Virus record (IMG/VR): IMGVR_UViG_3300033475_000073
Coordinates: 1 to 40,754 of that record
Source of the DNA: a virus
Length of the DNA: 40,754 nucleotides
Reading direction: 5' to 3' (one strand)
Positions 40,514 to 40,754 of this stretch are shown piece after piece. Under the pieces are notes generated by a model, which was given only the letters and a program-made list of their open reading frames with translations, was not told where the DNA came from and searched no databases. The translations under genes and the position numbers were made by a program. Position 1 is the stretch's first letter. Every line of letters starts with the position of its first letter.

Positions 40514-40754
40514 TAGAGTTTTTTCGCCATCACATAGGAAGCGAGCCGGTAGTCATCCAAGAACTTGGTCCACCCTTTGCGCGCAAAAAACCTGATTTCC
40601 TCGCAGCCCTCCTCTTTCGCCCACTTCTCGAACTCGCCGCGAAGATCAAAGAAATCCTTCATGTTCGCGCCACCGAACAACTCGATGTTGGCAATGAACT
40701 TGCCGGTCACGAACTTCTGAAGCGAGGTTACGCCGGCCGCAACGATCTGCTTTT
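40513..40754 (-). CDS. 3' part of the junction-spanning 104-aa hypothetical protein (5' part at 1..200)
   Basis: The track ORF 40513..40710 is the truncated version. The reading frame stays open to the window end and continues at 128..200 after removing the duplicated 127 bp. Confidence 0.6.
   Translation of the reverse strand, partial: KQIVAAGVTSLQKFVTGKFIANIELFGGANMKDFFDLRGEFEKWAKEEGCEEIRFFARKGWTKFLDDYRLASYVMAKKL
40628..40754. repeat. Terminal direct repeat, copy 2 (identical to 1..127)
   Basis: Same 127-nt string as 1..127. Confidence 0.95.

Larger units (their letters stand above)
1..40754. mobile_element. Complete temperate podovirus-like dsDNA phage genome, circularly closed (unit length 40627 bp)
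   Basis: Exact 127-bp overlap of both window ends. Full set of terminase, portal, scaffold, capsid, tail, lysis, replication, immunity, xis/int and attP functions. No cellular housekeeping genes. Confidence 0.85.

Overview
The window is one complete temperate dsDNA phage genome closed into a circle. The first 127 bp (1..127) are identical to the last 127 bp (40628..40754), so the unit length is 40627 bp, and one small gene runs across the junction. The sequence is GC-rich (not computed exactly). There are no tape-measure, tail-tube or sheath genes, so the virion module looks podovirus-like. Several families look like the alphaproteobacterial/GTA-related gene pool (3TM GTA-type holin, Rcc01079-like spike base, DUF5681-like small terminase). 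That host assignment is inference. Layout: (i) A roughly 21-kb leftward late operon starts at an orphan OmpR-type winged-helix regulator (12551) and runs through terS-like, terL, portal, scaffold and major capsid. It continues through a two-enzyme glycosyltransferase cassette and adaptor/tail proteins, crosses the junction, and carries three large internal-virion-like proteins, a tail fibre, a Tlde1/YkuD-like lysin and the holin. A distal trio follows (metallophosphoesterase, DUF6378-like, SprT-like protease), ending at 32142. (ii) A leftward early operon (19541 to 13041) holds the replication genes (RusA, a DnaA-domain-IV-like protein, a replisome-organizer-like protein with an ori-like repeat cluster inside it). 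(iii) An immunity switch has divergent Cro-like (20431..20628) and CI-like (20732..21067) genes around a multi-site TGTGCA-N5-TGCACA operator. A lipoprotein gene lies downstream of CI. (iv) A rightward early operon (21547 to 30957) carries an Ala-repeat protein, Erf, SSB, a NinB-like protein, DUF551, HNH and about 18 tiny genes with near-identical stop-SD-start junctions. It also carries an HD-domain (p)ppGpp-hydrolase-like gene, then xis and int. (v) attP is a 3' fragment of tRNA-Thr(GGU) (31065..31114) flanked by ~27-bp direct repeats, followed by a low-GC moron region. The most unusual items are the glycosylation cassette inside the structural module, the Tlde1-like lysin, the phage-borne alarmone hydrolase within the small-gene island, the operator-controlled Ala-repeat gene, and the distal phosphoesterase/SprT trio. 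All functional calls come from motif recognition by eye; no database search was run.
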